Source: Mobula hypostoma | Taxonomy: Eukaryota | Assembly: GCF_963921235.1 (NCBI RefSeq) | Contig: NC_086107.1 | Coordinates: forward strand, 86,676,001 to 86,740,000 | DNA: 64,000 nucleotides | Reading direction: 5' to 3' | Shown: in pieces, positions 1 to 11,381 of the stretch | Position numbering within the stretch: position 1 is the first letter of the stretch | How the letters are laid out: every line of letters starts with the position of its first letter | Program-made: the position numbers and the translations under genes | Notes under the pieces: model-generated | What the model saw: the letters and a program-made list of their open reading frames with translations, nothing else | What the model was told of the DNA's origin: nothing | Database searches by the model: none

Positions 1-2090
1 GTGTATTGAGACTGAGGAAGGACAGGCAGATGATAGGGTAAATTGGCAGTCAGTGGAATGAGCAGGTGTAACAAAGGGGCAAAATCTAAAAGGGTGATGA
101 ATACAGCACTGAAGCCATTATATTTGAATGCCCGCAGTATGTAAAATAAGGTAGATGATCTTGTAGTGCAGTTAGAGATTGGCAGGTATGACATCATGGG
201 CATTACTGAGCGGTGGCTGTAAGAAGATCATAACTATGAGCTTCACATCCAGGGATACACATTATATCGAAAGGATGGTAGGTAGGCAAAAGGAGTGGGG
301 TAGCTCTGCTAAAATTAAATCAAATCCTTAGAAAGAGGTGATAAAGGTTTTGGAAGATGTTGAATAGCTATGCACAAAGTGAAGAAACTACAAGGTTAAA
401 AAATATCTTGATGGAAGGCCTCCGAACAGTAGGCAGGATGTGGGATCAAATTTCAAATATGATATAGAAAAGGCATGTGGAAGGGGCATGTACGATAGTC
501 ATGGGGGATTTCAATATAGACATAGATTGGGAAAATCAGGTTGGTGCTGATTTCCCAAGAGAGGAAATGTATAGAATGCCAACAAGATGGCTTTTTAGAG
601 CAGCTGGAAGTTGAAACCTCCAAAGCAGAAGGCAATTCTGGATTGGATGTTGATAAATAAGCCAGATTTCTGAATAGGGAGCTTAAGGTAGGAACTCTTA
701 AGAGGTAGTGATCTTAATATGATTGAATTTTCCTTGCAGTTTCAGAGGGAGACACTAAAATCAGATGTATCAGTACCACAGTGGTGTAAATGGAATTACA
801 GAGACATGAGAGAGGAACTGCTCAACGTTAATTGGAAGGGAAGACTAGCAGGGGTGATGTCAGAACAGCAATGGCTCGAGTTTCTCTGAATGACTCAGAA
901 GGTGCAGAATAAATTAATTCCAAAAAAGTACTCTGATGGGAGGATGAGGCAACCATGGCTTACAACAGAAGACAAAGACAGAATTAAAGCAAAGGAGAGG
1001 GCATAGAGAGAGAGGATTGTGAAGCTTCTAGAAACCAAGAGAAGGCAGCCAAAATGCTTTAATGAGAGAAAAAAATATGAAGTTAAGCTAGCCAATAATA
1101 TAAAGAAATCACACCAAAAGTTGTTTTTTTTCCCAGAAATATAAAGAATAAAGAGCTGATAGTGGAAAATGACACAGGAGAGGATAAAGAAATGTTGGAT
1201 GAACTGAATAAATATTTTGTGTCAGTCTTCACTGTGGAAGACACTATGCTGGAAATTCAAGTGCCAGGAGAAAGAAGTGAAGGTCATTAATATCACAAGC
1301 AGATGATTGGGAAATTGAAAGGTCTGAAGGTAGATAAGTCACCTGGACCTGGTCTACAACCCAGGTTTCTGAAAAAGGGAACTGAAGAGATTATGGAGAT
1401 ATTAGTAATGATCTTTCAAGAATTACTAGATTCTGGAGGACTGGAAATCTTTTTTAAAAAATACTCTGCTCTAATTTTATTCTAAAAATGGAGGGAGGCA
1501 AACGAAAGGAAATTATAGTGCATTTAGCCTGATGAAGATGTTAGAGTCCATTATTAAGGAAGAAGTTTCAGGGTACTTGGAAGGGGAGGCTGGGGGAATG
1601 GAGGCATACCAGACATGAGGGTGGCAGTAATGGATTATTCCAGAGTTGCGGTGGTGGTGGATGGGTTGAGGGTCCAGTGGAAGTTCACAAGAAGGATTCC
1701 AGGACCAAAAGGGTTAATGTACAAAGAGTGTTTGATGGCTGTGGTCCTGTAGCTGGTGGAGTTTAGAATGAGGATCAAGAATATTGAAAGGCTGCGATAG
1801 AGTGGATATGGAGGGGATGTTTCCTATTGAGGGAGGTGGGAGGTCTAGCACAGCCTCAGGATAGAGGGACATCTGTTTAGAACACAAACAAGCAGGAATT
1901 TCCTCAGCCACTGTATTGTACATCTGTGAAATTCTCTGCCACAGTCAGCTGTGGAGGCCAAGTCAATGTTTATATTTAAAGGGGAGTTTGATGGGTTCTT
2001 GGTTCATCATGGGTGTCAAAAGTTATGGGAGGTAGGCAGGGGAATGGGGTTGAGAGGGAGAATAAATCAGCCATGATGCAATGGTGGGTA
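1..2090 (+). mobile_element. Degenerate CR1-type LINE (ORF2 endonuclease/RT fragments and 3' end)
   Basis: Broken ORF2 motifs, e.g. 'GKLKGLKVDKSPGP..LQPRFLK' (1303-1485). CR1 3' tail 'aataaatcagccatgatg' at ~2061. Many stops and frameshifts. Confidence 0.8.
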
Positions 2091-2239
2091 TATTTGAGGT
2101 ATCTATCTACACCTCAAGTATACCCAGTCACATGGCCTCCCCAATGCAAGGGGCAGAGAATTCCAAAGACTGTACACTTAGACATGGAATTCCAGAAATT
2201 TCCACATATTTCCATTTGAAATGAGAGGGCCCTTATTTA

Positions 2240-2745
2240 GCAGCTCAGACTGTGGGGGAAGGGATACTGATCCCACCTACCGACACACTAGTGAACTTAC
2301 ACTGAGGAGAGACCGATCACACGCTCAGATTGTGGGAAGGTGCCCATTCTGATACACACCCTATATGCACTCCAATCAAGTCACACTGAGGAGAGGTCAT
2401 TCACCTGCCCAGACTATGGGAACCGATTCAGTCATCCAACCCCGTGGCACACTACTGGGGAAAAGGTTTAAAAAGGCTGCATGCTGTATACTTAACCACC
2501 ACAGATTTGGAAAGAAGAGGTAAATTCAAAAGTGACTGCCAGTGAATTTACAGCACACCTTGTGTTCAGTCAGGAGATAACTCAGTCCAGTTGGTCCCTG
2601 CCAGTGTTTCTGTTCCACGACAGTCCATTTAAATCCATCCCCACTGTTCACCTCTAATTCTTCCAGTGGTGTTGGGATCCAAATGGTCACCACACAGTGG
2701 GTGGAGTGGATTCCTTTGATGTGGAAGACTCCAGCACTGCTCATA
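2240..2745 (+). pseudogene. Decayed C2H2 zinc-finger gene remnant (last fingers plus 3' UTR), paralogous to the gene at 25815-26921
   Basis: Finger-like pieces 'tcagactgtggg..aaggg' and 'cacactgaggagaggtcattcacctgcccagactatggg'. The end 'gtggcacactactgggggaaaaggtttaaaaaggctgcatgctg' matches the reverse complement of 25800-25855. Confidence 0.65.
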
Positions 2746-3879
2746 AATTTGAAATTGTCAGGGGCCAGAAGTTGCCATAACTAGGGAGAAGATACTTGGG
2801 AAGTTGAAGGTGAGATAGGTCACCTGGGCTACACTTCACTGAAAGAGGTGGCTGAAGAGATTGTGGACGTATCAGGAATGACCTTTCACGAATCAATAGA
2901 TTCTGACATGGTGTCAGAGGACCGTAAAATCACAAATATCACTCCACTCTTCAAGAAATTATAGGCCGGTTATTTTTACCCTAGTGCTATTGGGAAGATG
3001 TTGGAGTCGACCGTTAAGGATGCGGTTTCGGGTTAGTTGGAGGCCTATGATAGAACAGGCCAGAATGGACGACATCGGGTCACGCGTAACCCTGTTGTTA
3101 CATGAAGCGTCTGGAGATAAAATTCCCATTCACTGCTGACGAGCCCAGTAAGCCAATCAGAGAGCTGCCTTATTAACCAATGAACAGAGAGCAGAAAGAA
3201 AAGCGCCGAAAGTAACCGCCAGCTGGTTCCCCGGATGATCGAAAAGTTGAAAATCCCGCCGAAAGTTGTTTACTGATCGGTAGCCTACAAAAGTATGTAT
3301 TTGACTCATTAATTCAGTGAAGATATATATTACAGTAACAGGCGGAGTGTTTTTTAACTCACCAGTTTGAATGTTTCTGATCATTTAGCTTCCAAAAATG
3401 AATGCAGTTTATATTCGCGGTCGAGGTCGGTCTGTGTATAAATATCATCAGTTTAAAATGCAGTCTAAGGTGACTTGGTAACGTGAAAAAAAGGTTTTGT
3501 TGTGAAAGAACTGGAATCCTAGCATCTGAAAACTCTTTTGACCCCGTGAACTTATACGCGACTAAAAATAGGACTGGTTAATAAAGGGGAAACTGCATGT
3601 ATTAAAACCCAAACAATCTCCAAAACAGTAACAACCGAAAACTGGAAACCATGCCCACAATAACCACCTGTACACGGCAGTGGTGTGGGACAACGACACT
3701 TGGATTGTGGGGTAAGAGGTTGCATCTGGCGTTTGCTGCCGATGACCCAAAGGCACAAAACTGCAATTTTTCCGTGTTGGAGTTCGAGACCAAAAGGGAC
3801 ATTTGAACAAAACACCCACAAGGAAAGGTCAGAGGGGAATGGTGCGTCCTCAACACAAAAGGATAACAAACTGGAACTC

Positions 3880-3921
3880 AGAGCCCTTTTCTCTGCCGGA
3901 TTAGTGGCTCTGAAAAGAGCC
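3880..3921 (-). promoter_or_regulatory. Histone 3' stem-loop and histone downstream element (H3)
   Basis: Minus strand GGCTCT-TTTC-AGAGCC at 3906-3921, followed by ACTAA and a purine-rich GAGAAAAGGGCT (~3881-3893). Confidence 0.93.
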
Positions 3922-3950
3922 TTTTGTTGTGCTTGGTGCCGAGGTCGGGT

Positions 3951-4367
<417 letters not shown>

Positions 4368-4431
4368 TCAGCAGTGCGATTACAGCCTGAAATATCAGGA
4401 TTGAAGTGTCAGAGCAGACGCTGGGTCTGGC

Positions 4432-4518
4432 TTTTAAAGAGTTGATGAAGGGCCGCCCAGCTCCCTCTGATTGGTTGGAATGGAGATGTCCATCATAGGG
4501 TCCCAGCGATGCGATTGG
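4432..4518 (-). promoter_or_regulatory. H3 promoter (TATA-like box and two CCAAT boxes)
   Basis: Minus strand TTTAAAA at 4432-4438; CCAAT at 4470-4474 and 4514-4518. Confidence 0.7.
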
Positions 4519-4940
4519 ATGTCTTTGCTTAATCAGTTTGAAGCTGGCCGACGTGGGGAAGGGGTGAGGAATACAGGCGTTAGTTGTGCCCAAATATGGA
4601 AACCGGTGACGGACGATCATAATTCAACCAATCTAACTGCAGAGATTTGAGGCTCGTTCAATTTCAAATCGCCCGCCAATTTCTAGAGCAACCGGGGCTA
4701 GTTTCTTATAATTAATAGAATCACGAATCATCCAATTTCAATTCAATTTAAACAATCATTTTATTTCCCTCAGATATCTGAATCTGAATGTTTGCACATG
4801 TACTGAATAGCTTCTCGAGGTGAGTGAATTCAGTCCTGCCAGAAACGGGAGCTGAGGCAGAAAATTGAAAGAGATTTTAATTTACTGTATGTAATAGTTT
4901 GAGGAAAAACATAGCCACCAAAGTACCACACGAAATCTGC

Positions 4941-4982
4941 ACAGCTCTTTCCTGGAAGATGTGGGTGGCTCTTAGAAGAGCC
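4941..4982 (-). promoter_or_regulatory. Histone 3' stem-loop and histone downstream element (H1)
   Basis: Minus strand GGCTCT-TCTA-AGAGCC at 4967-4982, then ACCCA. A textbook U7-pairing AAAGAGCTGT lies at 4941-4950. Confidence 0.93.
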
Positions 4983-5015
4983 GTTGGTTTCAGGTTTATA
5001 AGAGCAATTTCTTAT

Positions 5016-5639
5016 TTACTTTTTTTTGGCCGCTGTCTTGGCTTTCACAGATTTTGCCTTCGGCTTGGGTTTTGCCGACTTCTTGGCCACCTTGGGGGCT
5101 GCGACTTTCTTCGGACTCTTGGGTTTCTGCGCGGTCTTCTTGGTCGCTGTTTTCTTAGCTGCCGCTTTTTTAACCACAGTTTTCTTAACCCCTTTGGTCT
5201 TGGCGGGAGATTTCTTGGCACCTGTTTTCCTGGCCACAGATTTCTTGGCCACTGCCTTCTTGGTCTTAGGTGCCTTGGCCGCTGGTTTCTTCGCTTTTTT
5301 CACGACTTTCCCGGTATGTTCTTTTTTAGCGGCCCTCAAGGAGCCGGAGGCACCTGCGCCCTTAGTGTGAACCAGGGTGCCTTTATCCACTTTCCTTTTA
5401 ATGGTCAACCTGATCTGACCTTTCAGCTTTTGTACATCGACGCCGCTGCTGGCCAAACTCTTCTTTATCGCGGCTACGGACACCCCTCGCTGACTGCGGC
5501 AATCGGCCACAATCTTGTCGATTTGATCGCCCAGTTTGGGACCAGTTGACTTGGTCCGGACGGCCGCCTTCTTCTTCTTGGCAGCCTTGGTTGCAGAGGC
5601 GGGTGCCGCTGGTGGAGCCACTTCTGCGGTCTCGGTCAT
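5016..5639 (-). CDS. H1: Replication-dependent linker histone H1
   Basis: 207-aa intronless ORF with an 'ETA..APPAAP' N-tail, a winged-helix region ending 'TKGAGASGS', and a K/A/P-rich tail with SPAK/SPKK motifs. Stem-loop lies downstream. Confidence 0.96.
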   Translation of the reverse strand: MTETAEVAPPAAPASATKAAKKKKAAVRTKSTGPKLGDQIDKIVADCRSQRGVSVAAIKKSLASSGVDVQKLKGQIRLTIKRKVDKGTLVHTKGAGASGSLRAAKKEHTGKVVKKAKKPAAKAPKTKKAVAKKSVARKTGAKKSPAKTKGVKKTVVKKAAAKKTATKKTAQKPKSPKKVAAPKVAKKSAKPKPKAKSVKAKTAAKKK

Positions 5640-5716
5640 GGTCGGAACCTCTGCACAAATTCTCTCGAACTCTGAAGTGTGTGAGAAATGAAGCGAGAGG
5701 CGGCGGTGCTGAGCAA

Positions 5717-5788
5717 TTTAAAGGCAGCGAGCGGACGGGGCGGAAACATCCTGCAGTCAGCTCCCGGCCGCTCCGTCTCTCTGTGTTT
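5717..5788 (-). promoter_or_regulatory. H1 promoter (TATA-like box, GC box, H1/AC box)
   Basis: TTTAAA at 5717-5722, GC box at 5737-5743, and the H1-specific AAACACA on the minus strand at 5782-5788. Confidence 0.75.
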
Positions 5789-6539
5789 CTCTCTCCCGAA
5801 AAACTCTCTGATTCCGATTAAAATAGGACATCCCCAAGACCCAGACCGCTCTCTGTCTGTGCCCGAGGCCGGATTCTCTGCTGTAAAGAAAGTTTGGTCC
5901 GAATTAAACACAGCAGGTTCTATATCAACCCGTTTCACTGCTGCACTGACCTCATTCTTCCCCGGGATCGGGACATTTTCTCTGTTTCCCGACTGAAATA
6001 TTGAAATCAACTAAAAATTCGCGGTTAATTCCCACTTCAGGACTGAGCTGGGGAGCTGTGCCATCCCGGAGCAGGCAAATTGTTTTATTTTCTCTAGGTG
6101 GGGATGAAAAATCCAGCGATGTGTCCGGACTCACAAACACAGTGATACCAGTCTAAGCCGTCAGGCCTCTTAGCACACTCTCCCTGACACACCGTTCAGA
6201 TCTGTACATTCACAGCACCAACTGTTGGCCCAGTGCACCGTTCCCAGCGCAGGTTTTCCTCTCCGCTCGACCTGCTCTCCGGATTATCGCGTGTTATTTG
6301 TAGATTCCCAGATCAGTAATACCCCGAGGCCGGCGCTCCTCACCACCCTGATCCCTTGGTTTGGGTTGGATTCATCTCCTCTTTACGTGGGCTATATTTT
6401 CATTTCAAAAGGAGACGAAGACCCTTTGCAGTGATCAGCAATATTCTGTATAATTGACCTGCCTACTTTTTTTCTTCAATTTCTCGGTTAATCTCACAAA
6501 TCTGGTCTAGTTCCTTGAACAGGTAACCCAGAGATTTGA

Positions 6540-9520
6540 TGAGTGTATCACAGCCACATCGTATTATATCATCACAAGAAAAGCATCAATGAAACATAAA
6601 TTAGACAAAGTCCTCATGGAACTGCAGTCTAGAAGGTTAGATGACACGGGAATCCAGGGAGAAGTAGAAGTGGATAGATACTCGGCTTGATGTTAGGAGA
6701 CGGGGGTGATGGTCCAAGGTTGTTTACGGGACTGGAGATCAGTGAGGAATGACGAGTCACAGGGATCGGTGCTGGGCCCATTGCTTTTCATCATTCATAT
6801 AAAGGATTTGGATGACAGTGTACAAGACATGGATAGTAAGTTTTAAGATGACACTAAACTAGGCGGTAGAGTCACAGAGCAACACAGCGGAGATACGATG
6901 TCGACATAACGTCCCAACTCCCAGATTAAATTCCCTGACTGACTGATGCTAAACACGTCTTTCACTGCCCAGTCTGGCAGTGACGCCACTTTCAATAAAC
7001 AATGCTCTTGTACTCCTCAATCCCTCTTTCCCGTGACACTCCCGAGTTCCCCACCATTCCATTTATAAACCCTACCTTGGTTTGACTTTTCAAAATACAT
7101 AATCTGAATTGTAATCCATTTGTCAATTCTCAGTTACACTTCAGTAACCGAGCAAGATCTCCCTGTAATCATCTTCACCATCAAAAATCCTCCTTGTTTT
7201 GTGTCCTCCACAAACTTACTAGTCAAACCTTGTGCGTTTGTAATTTAAGGATTTGTATATATATATATATATATAAATATAAAGAATAACCAGGGTGCCA
7301 GCACCGAAACATCACGAGTCACCAGCCTCGATTCATCCCACACACAAAGCCATGCCAACTCCTTCTAATCATATTCTGTCTATCTGGTAGATTCTGTCCT
7401 TCACAATCCCCTCCAGTAAATTCCCCACTCCTCATATCAGACTGAGTGGCCTGTAGTTCCCTGGCTTATCCTTGCTGCACTTTTTAAACAAGTGAATGAC
7501 AACAGCACATTCTAGCTTCAGCAACTTCAGCAGTGGCTAATGATGAAGTAAGTGTCTCCACAAGGGCTCCATAATTTCCTCTCTGTCCTCCCACAAAGTC
7601 CAGGGAAGCACCCTGACAGGCCCTGCTCTTAATGTGCTTAAGGCTGCAAATATCTCTTCCTTGGTGATATGAATGTTCTACAAAAGATCTCCACTTGTTT
7701 CTTTTATCTCTTGAGCCATGATTTTCTCCTTTGTAAACATGGAGGAGAAATATTCATTACAAATCCTATCCACCTCCTGCAGCACAAGATCTCGGCAGCC
7801 ATGCTGATCTCTAAGGAGACCTAACCTCTCCCTAACCACCCCTTTACTTTTAATACAGCTGGGGAACCTTCGGGTAAATTCCTTAACCTTACCTGCCAGA
7901 TCCATCTCAAACCTTCTCTTCGCCCTCTGGTTTCCCTTCTAAGAGTATTCTTAATCTTTTAATAGTTTTCAAATCATTCTCTCAATACTGAACTCCTGGA
8001 TGAAAAGTACCTTTCCTTTTTTCCTTGACCTGAATTTCAATATCTCTCATTAGCCAAGGTTCCCAAAACTCACCATGTTACCTTTCACCCAAACAGGAAC
8101 ATTCTATTCTTGAACACTTGCCGTTCCACTTATAAACACTTCCCACTTGCCATTCATTCCTTTTCTTCATACAGTCTGTCAAATCAACTTCAGCTGGATC
8201 CAAATTCCATGACCCTGCTCCAATTTACAGCCCTAACCTGTGAAGCCGACCTATCCTTTCCCATCACTAACTCTAACTAACAGAGAGACTGAAGAAGGTA
8301 TCAGAAATTACAAAGGAGTCTTGGTCAACTGTGTAAGTCAGCTGATGATTGGTAAATGGTGTTTAATACAGATGAGTGAGGTTTGGTTGTTTGTGAAGTC
8401 ATGAGAGGAGAGCCACATTCTAATCAGTCTGAAAAACAGGCCTCCCCTCTATTGACCCAATCTGCATGTCCCGTTGCTGTGGGAAAGCAGTTAACACAAT
8501 CAAAGATCCCTCCCACCCCTGTTATTCTCTCTTCATCCCACTTCCATCAGGTAAAAGCTAAAAAAGAATTGAGAACACACACAACCAGGCTCAGGAACAA
8601 CTTCTATCCTGTTGTAAGATTCTGGAATGGATCTCTTGTACGTTAAAGACAAACTCTTGATCTCTCAACCTGTCTCAGTATGCCTTCTACCCACAATGTT
8701 ATGCTGTACTAATTAAACTCATACTTGAAGGTTGAACTAAATGAATCTTTTCTCCCTACACAGTGGTGTAATCCCTCCATTCTCTGCACATCCATATGCC
8801 TATCTAAGAGCCTCTCAGATATCTGTATTGTACTCATCACCACCACAAAACCTAACAGTGTATTCCAGGTATCTACCACTTTCCATGTAAAATATTTGCC
8901 CTACACCACACATTTGAACTTTCCATACTCATCTTAAATGTGTATCCACTCACATTAGATATTTCATCTGTGGGAAAATTGGCTGTTTACTCAGTCCATG
9001 CTTCTCATAATCTAATAAACTCTGGCAGATCTCTCTGAAGCTCCTCCTCTCCAGAAAAAAAACACCCAGGTTTGTCTAAATTCCCCTAATATCACATGCC
9101 TTTAATCCAGACAACATCCTGGTAAATGTACCCTGAACCCTCTCCAAAGACTTCAATTCTTTGTTATAATCCAGCCAGCAGAGTTGAATGAAAAGTAGAC
9201 TGTTAGACTCTATCCCAGAGGAGGCCTAGATTTTACAACAGAGGAAGCCTAACTAGACTCTTAAACTCTACTCCAGAGGAGGCCTAACTAGACTTTTAGA
9301 TTCTATTCCAGAGTTGGTCTACACAGTACACCAGAGGAAGCCTAATTAGACTGCTACCTAAAGCTACAACATAACTTCGTGACTCTTGTAGTCACCTCAA
9401 CTAGTAAATCAAGCATGTAATACGCCTTCTTCACCACCCTGTCACTCTGTAGCCACTACCAGTGAGCTATGGACTTGGACTCCCAATATCCCTCTGTACA
9501 TCAACATTGTTAAGGGTTCT
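6540..9520. mobile_element. Cluster of degenerate LINE fragments (CR1 on both strands, short Rex1-like piece)
   Basis: RT-like 'cagggatcggtgctgggcccattgcttttcatc' (~6760, +). Minus-strand ORF2 fragment 'RICNEYFSSMFTKE' (7678-7905). 'HTTRLRNNFYP' at ~8580. Confidence 0.7.
7256..7282. repeat. (TA)n microsatellite
   Basis: Run of tatata visible directly. Confidence 0.85.
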
Positions 9521-9558
9521 GCCAGACAGTGTACCTTCATTGCACTGCACTTTGTCTG

Positions 9559-9985
9559 TGTCACAACTATGGATTCGGCAGCGCAGTAGATACGGCAATT
9601 GCGCTTGTGAATATGCACGCGTCAGCTAATTATTATTTAATTGTGATAGTATTAAACTCAATACTTGTCGTCATAGTGCTTGTCGAGACTTGCGCAGGAC
9701 ATAGCAACTCTCCGCTGCCTGCTTTCATTCCACCTTGCCTGAGAAATTGGACTGTTGAGTCAACTGACTCTGAAGACTAGTGATATTCGTTTTATTCTTA
9801 GTTGTTCTTTTCAGCTGCAGTTTAGGCTTCGTTTTCCATTTGAGAGTTTTAGTTAACAACCCTGTTTGGCCTAGCACTTATTGTTTTCTTTTCCCTTTAA
9901 CACCGTTGGCATTAAGGTCTGCAAACTATGGACCCATTTCAGTGTCTCTCACTCTGCACTTCGCCCATATTTGCACCAGGTGACA
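9559..9985 (+). mobile_element. LTR of a Tf1/sushi-like Ty3/Gypsy retrotransposon (5' LTR followed by PBS and gag start)
   Basis: TGTCAC...GTGACA termini. Followed by GCAAGTCTCGAC (9986-9997) and ATGGACCCAGTGGAG (MDPVE, 10007). Confidence 0.75.
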
Positions 9986-11381
9986 GCAAGTCTCGACCAC
10001 ACAAAGATGGACCCAGTGGAGAGACCTTGGCCATGAGATTCATTGGTCAGAGTGATTCATCGAGGCAACAATGTTCCATTGGAATTCCTATGTATGAACT
10101 CTTGTTTCTGTCTGCAGCGTGATAGACGGATCTTGCCAAGTAATGGACCCAGCAAAGTTTGAACAGTGACGTATTGACATTGGTGGCTTGAGGAGAGGGT
10201 GCCTTTTATTCTCAATGCCTGTCCTGACTCTACATTGTGAGAGTCCCGAGTCTACGTACCGAGCTTCTCTAGTCTACATTGAGTTTCTCTGGTATCCATT
10301 CCAAGCTTTTCAAGTCCCAAGCACCCAGGCTCCCAGCTTTGTGGTCCCGTGACTCAGATCTGCATAACAAATGAACACTTCAAGCAAGCTTATCAATTGA
10401 TTCAACAAATCATTATTGAAGTCAATAGTCTAAATTGTGGAAGAGCCCTACTCCCAAAGCTGATCCTTGACTGGAGTATGCAAATACGCAGGTAAAGTAA
10501 CCCTATATAAAAGAGTATTTTTAACCTCTTGATGAAAGTCATGGTACAAACTGGGAAAATTGGACTTTAATGTAGCAAATTAAATAGATCTACAGAGAGC
10601 TAGCTAGCTTTGCGATGGAAGAAACCTGTCTATACTGCATTGATCAGTAAAACTGAGAGTATATCCTAATTGCCTGGAAAAATTGTGAAAAACACTGGGA
10701 ACAAGATTTAAAAAGGTTCCTTCTCTAAGTTTCAAGTTTCATGTTTTCAAGGTTTCCCAAGGACTTTTCTCGATGTTCCCAAGGTTTTTATTTTTCCTAT
10801 TGTTTCCAAGGCTCATTCAGTGTGTTTAGGATTTTTCAATGTCCTTCCCAACTCGCGGATTCCCAAGCCTCCCTCTCAGCCCACCTGAGGTTTCTTGATC
10901 TCACTAGACGTTCCCTAGTCTCTCAGTCTGTTGGGGTTCCCAGGTCTCTCACTCTTTCTGGATCCCCAAGTCTCCCTCCCTCTCGAGTTCCCCAAGTATC
11001 TCGAGTCATCCTTAGATCTCGAGTTTTCAGGTCTTCCTGGGCCATCAGGTGCCAGGTATGGGGGGGTGGGGGTGGTCCTTTAGTGACTTCAGGCCTGTGC
11101 AGGGCATCAGAGAGCATTTGGGCTCTGAGGTTTTTAAAACACCTGAAATGGTTAATTGTTGCTTAACAGTTATTAATGGATATAGAGTTTCTTGTGTTTT
11201 TCATAAGCCACTCGCTCTTTGTAATGCGGTTTCTTGGTGCTTTCTGTTTAAGTTTAAGTTTATTTTGATAAATTCAGATTCTGTGTTAGTTTTATTTCTG
11301 AAGCAGATGCCAGATTAGCTCCAATCTGAGAGTTCTCATTGAGAATGATTTGTCTCACAGTGTCACTTGGTCGAGACTTGC

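Noticed and set aside
4899-5549. 216-aa and 114-aa plus-strand ORFs with hydrophobic, TM-like repeats
   Set aside because: They are the antisense shadow of the Lys/Ala-rich H1 coding sequence.
9195-9355. Short degenerate tandem repeat (ccagaggargcctaactagact)
   Set aside because: Local slippage duplication of a CR1 segment; no sign of function.
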